Below are positions 60,828 through 64,000 of a stretch of DNA of 64,000 nucleotides, one piece after another. The notes beneath the pieces were generated by a model, which was not told where the DNA came from, did not search any database, and saw only the letters and a list, made by a program, of their open reading frames with translations. The stretch is from Antedon mediterranea (Eukaryota; Animalia; Echinodermata), in contig NC_092674.1 of NCBI RefSeq assembly GCF_964355755.1, positions 23,994,001 to 24,058,000 on the forward strand, given 5' to 3'. Numbering within the stretch: the stretch's first letter is position 1; the number at the start of each line of letters is the position of its first letter. Position numbers and translations under genes: made by a program.

Positions 60828-62583
60828 CGTATCCGGATATTCACCCCCTGGACATTAACCCCCCGGAAAACTACCACCCGGACAACCACCACCTGGACAA
60901 CTACCCCCTTAGGACAACTACCCCTTTAGGACAACTACCCCCTTAGGACAACAACCCCCTTAGGACAACTACCACCTGGAAAACTACCCCCCGGACAATT
61001 ACCCCCCTATGAACAATTCCCCCCCGGAAAATAACCCCCCGGGCAATTACCCCCCCCCCCCTGGGTGATTACCCCGCGGACAACTACCTCTGACACAATA
61101 CTCCCCGTAGGACAACTACCTCCTGGACCTAGACAATACTCCCAGACAACTATCCCTTTAGAACAACTACCCTCCGGACGGACAACTACCACCCAGGCCA
61201 TTCAACAACCTGTCGACTCTGCAACAGTGTATAATAGGAATTAATAACTATATTTTAATTCGTTACTTTGACGAATTACTATTCATTATTGTAAACAAAA
61301 GTAAAAGATTGAACATAAATATAGCCTGGTATAAACTGAGATTGTCACACATGATCATAGCATAGTCGAACGTATTATATAGTACTCTCTGTATTTACTG
61401 TAAAGACTGGGTTCGCTAATAATAATAATAATTTTTGCGTCAGGACAATGCTTCGATAACCACTGGTCTTAAAAGAATTAATTTTTGTCTCAAATTTGTC
61501 ATATATGTATTTTTGTACACTTGATGAATAATATCACTTTTGATATTTGACCTCTCAATGTTCACTCACCGAATAAACGGCGATCTTTAAATAAATTCCC
61601 CTCAAATAAACGGTGATCATGTCACTCCCATGAAACATCATATGGAATAATCGGCGTCTATTTCTATTAGATTATACCCCCTCCCATTGAATAAACAACT
61701 TTCTTCCAATAAATGTCCACCTAAAAACCACCTGAACAATAAACAGCCCAGGCCGTTTTTTCAAAAAATATGGTACTTTAAATCTAGCACATCTAGGGTC
61801 TAGCGTGCTGTTAAACAGAATAATCGGTTAAAAACGGGTGTTTCGAAACTAGAGACCGAGACCAGAGACCAGAGTCCCGAGACCCAATACGAAAAGGGAG
61901 ACCTAAATATACGGAAAGGGAGACCCACGTACGAAAAGGGAGACCCCACTATACGAAAAGGCAGACCCCACTATACGAAAAGAGAGACCCTAATATACGA
62001 AAAGGGAGACCTAAATATACAAAAAGGGAGACCCAAATATACGAAAAGGGAGACCCAAATATACAAAATGGGAGACCCAAATATACGAAAAGGGAGACCC
62101 ACTATAAGAAAAGGGAGACCCCACTATACGAAAAGAGAGACCACACTATACCAAAAGGGAGACCCTAATATACGAAAAGGGAGACCCAAATATAGGTCTC
62201 CCTTTTCGTATTGGGTCTCGTGTCAGGTCTCTGGTCTCGGGTCTCTAGTTTCGAAACACCCGTTAAAAACAGATAATTTCATTTTTACAGAAACTGGTCC
62301 TATACATTTGTCTACTTTTGGATTGGGGGGGGGGGGGGTAGTTGACCGGGGGGTAGTTGACCGGGGGTAGTTACCCGGGGGGTAGTTATCCTAAGGGGGT
62401 AGTTGTCCTAAGGGGGTAGTTGTCCGGGGGGTAGTTGTCCGGGGGGTTGTTATCTGGGGTAGTTGTCCTAAGGGTGTAGTTGTCCGGGAAGTAGTTGTCC
62501 GGGGGGTAATTGTCCTAAGGGGGTAGTTGTCCGGGTGGTAAACATCCGGGGGGTAACTGTCTAGGGGTAGGTGTCCTAGAACC
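60828..62583. mobile_element. MULE/foldback-like element with subterminal GGACAACTACCCC tandem arrays in inverted orientation
   Basis: C-rich array 60835-61200 mirrors G-rich array 62325-62580; TSD not clean. Confidence 0.6.
61836..62261. mobile_element. Mutator-type MITE with internal 21-bp tandem repeat, nested
   Basis: TIRs GGGTGTTTCGAAACTAGAGACC / GGTCTCTAGTTTCGAAACACCC, exact 9-bp TSD GTTAAAAAC; internal AAAAGGGAGACCCAAATATACG units. Confidence 0.85.
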
Positions 62584-63388
62584 CTATATATATCATATTT
62601 CGTTAAATGAACACTTTACATTGACAGGTTCTTGGTAGGTCTTGGTATTTAGGAGGACCCCTTAGTCCATGCTCCGTTTGTAAACGAGGCGGGCGGGGGG
62701 GGGGGGGGAGGGTGTTGGGTCAGAGCCATATTTTTATTTATTTATTTGAACTTACACCTTTAAATCGGTGGCACTCAATCAATGACAATTGGTGCGTTCT
62801 TAAGTAAAAGTTACAAATTCACAAACTTAACTAAACAATGTAAACAAGAAATATTTCTTAGAAAAAACGCTGCTGGCTTATTGAAAAATAATTTTTATTT
62901 CAAATGTTTTTAAATGTGTCATCATTTTATTGTCACATAATAGTTATTTTACCTGAAAAAAAATGTAATTTAAAGCAACAAATACTTAAATTGTCTGTCA
63001 GACAATGGTTTTTGGGTTTCTTTTCTCTTTTTATATGTTAATAAATATTATTTTGTTCAAGTCTGGGGGGTCACTTCATCACCCTAGATATTTCAAGTGT
63101 GAAGTATCCTATTACAAACACAAACTTGAATGGACTGTTTCGATAATAATTCAATGAATATCTGACAGTGAATATACCAGAAATGCTTTGGGATTTGTAA
63201 TTTTAGCATGACATATGTCCTAATAGACTCTTTTACCAGACGTTTTTTGGGTCTACTGTAGCAGCTGGAATCAATAAATTATAGTGGAGTTTCCATTTTC
63301 GTAAAACTGTCGTCCTTAGAACTATAACTGCTGCTTGCTTTAGCTTCTGATTGAGTAGTCCTAATGGGACGTAGCGGGCTAGAGCATT

Positions 63389-64000
63389 ATAATTAGCTTG
63401 TTTTATACTGTATCGATAGAGGGCGACATTATAATTAGCTTGTTTTCATACGGCATTTTAATAAATATTAGAAACTCAATATTTAAAGAAGATCTATACA
63501 ACAATGATTTGCATAAAATATGGAACTTATTCACATCAACCTCACCTGAACTTAAATATCACCTTTTTTTGACGAGCTAGAAATTCATGAAGAATATCGA
63601 TCAAATCCAATGTATAACCAATATTAACTATGTATTAGCAAGTAACATCTTTGACAAATAATTGTAAATTATTTTTAACAACTGCATGGAGAGAATGCAA
63701 CGAAATTTTTAATATCCTTTCATAACACAATCTTTTACTTTTCGCTCAAATGTATTGAATGTATTTTTATACCATAATGTTTATAAACTTTTTAATGTAA
63801 TAACATTTTATAAATGTTGGTATTTGATTGTGTATTAAGATAATTCCATATTTATTTTATTTTGTTGCACATTCCTTGAGAATTATGCCTCTGTTATAAG
63901 GAGAAACAATAAAGTTATTATTATTAGACAGAGGGCGACATTATAATTAGCTTGTTTTCATACTGTATCGATAGAGGGCGACATTATAATTTGCTTGTTT
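63389..64000. repeat. ~43-bp tandem repeat interrupted by a probable LINE 3' fragment (~63450-63925)
   Basis: ATAATTAGCTTGTTTT..TACTGTATCGATAGAGGGCGACATT on both sides; insert ends AATAAAG(TTA)n. Confidence 0.55.

Overview
AT-rich animal genomic DNA, most consistent with a marine invertebrate deuterostome and probably an echinoderm (inferred from metallothionein gene structure and Nin/Deu-type SINEs). It is not prokaryotic, and there is no CRISPR array or rRNA operon. Genes in order: (1) the 3' Nup96-coding part of NUP98-NUP96 (+, 15 exons, 2752-19205); (2) four tandem intronless, atypical rhodopsin-class GPCR genes (-, 21.4-31.4 kb), one frameshifted; (3) an SLC36/PAT amino-acid transporter (-, 10 coding exons); (4) RPL31 (+); (5) a 71-aa, 21-Cys metallothionein (-) with an MRE/CRE/TATA promoter. 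Introns and spacers carry many minisatellites and non-autonomous elements (Harbinger, Kolobok, MULE, hAT, Tc1 MITEs, Helentron-type elements, SINEs, LINE ends, a solo LTR). The most unusual signal is the GPCR cluster: extracellular loop 3 is a variable-number 18-bp repeat encoding arrays of N-glycosylation sequons, while the intracellular loops are nearly invariant. Also notable are a candidate mutually exclusive Nup96 exon, a Penelope-type hammerhead motif in the GPCR cluster, a 218-bp perfect palindrome and an MRE-core tandem array. All calls come from manual reading and recalled family motifs; no database searches were run.
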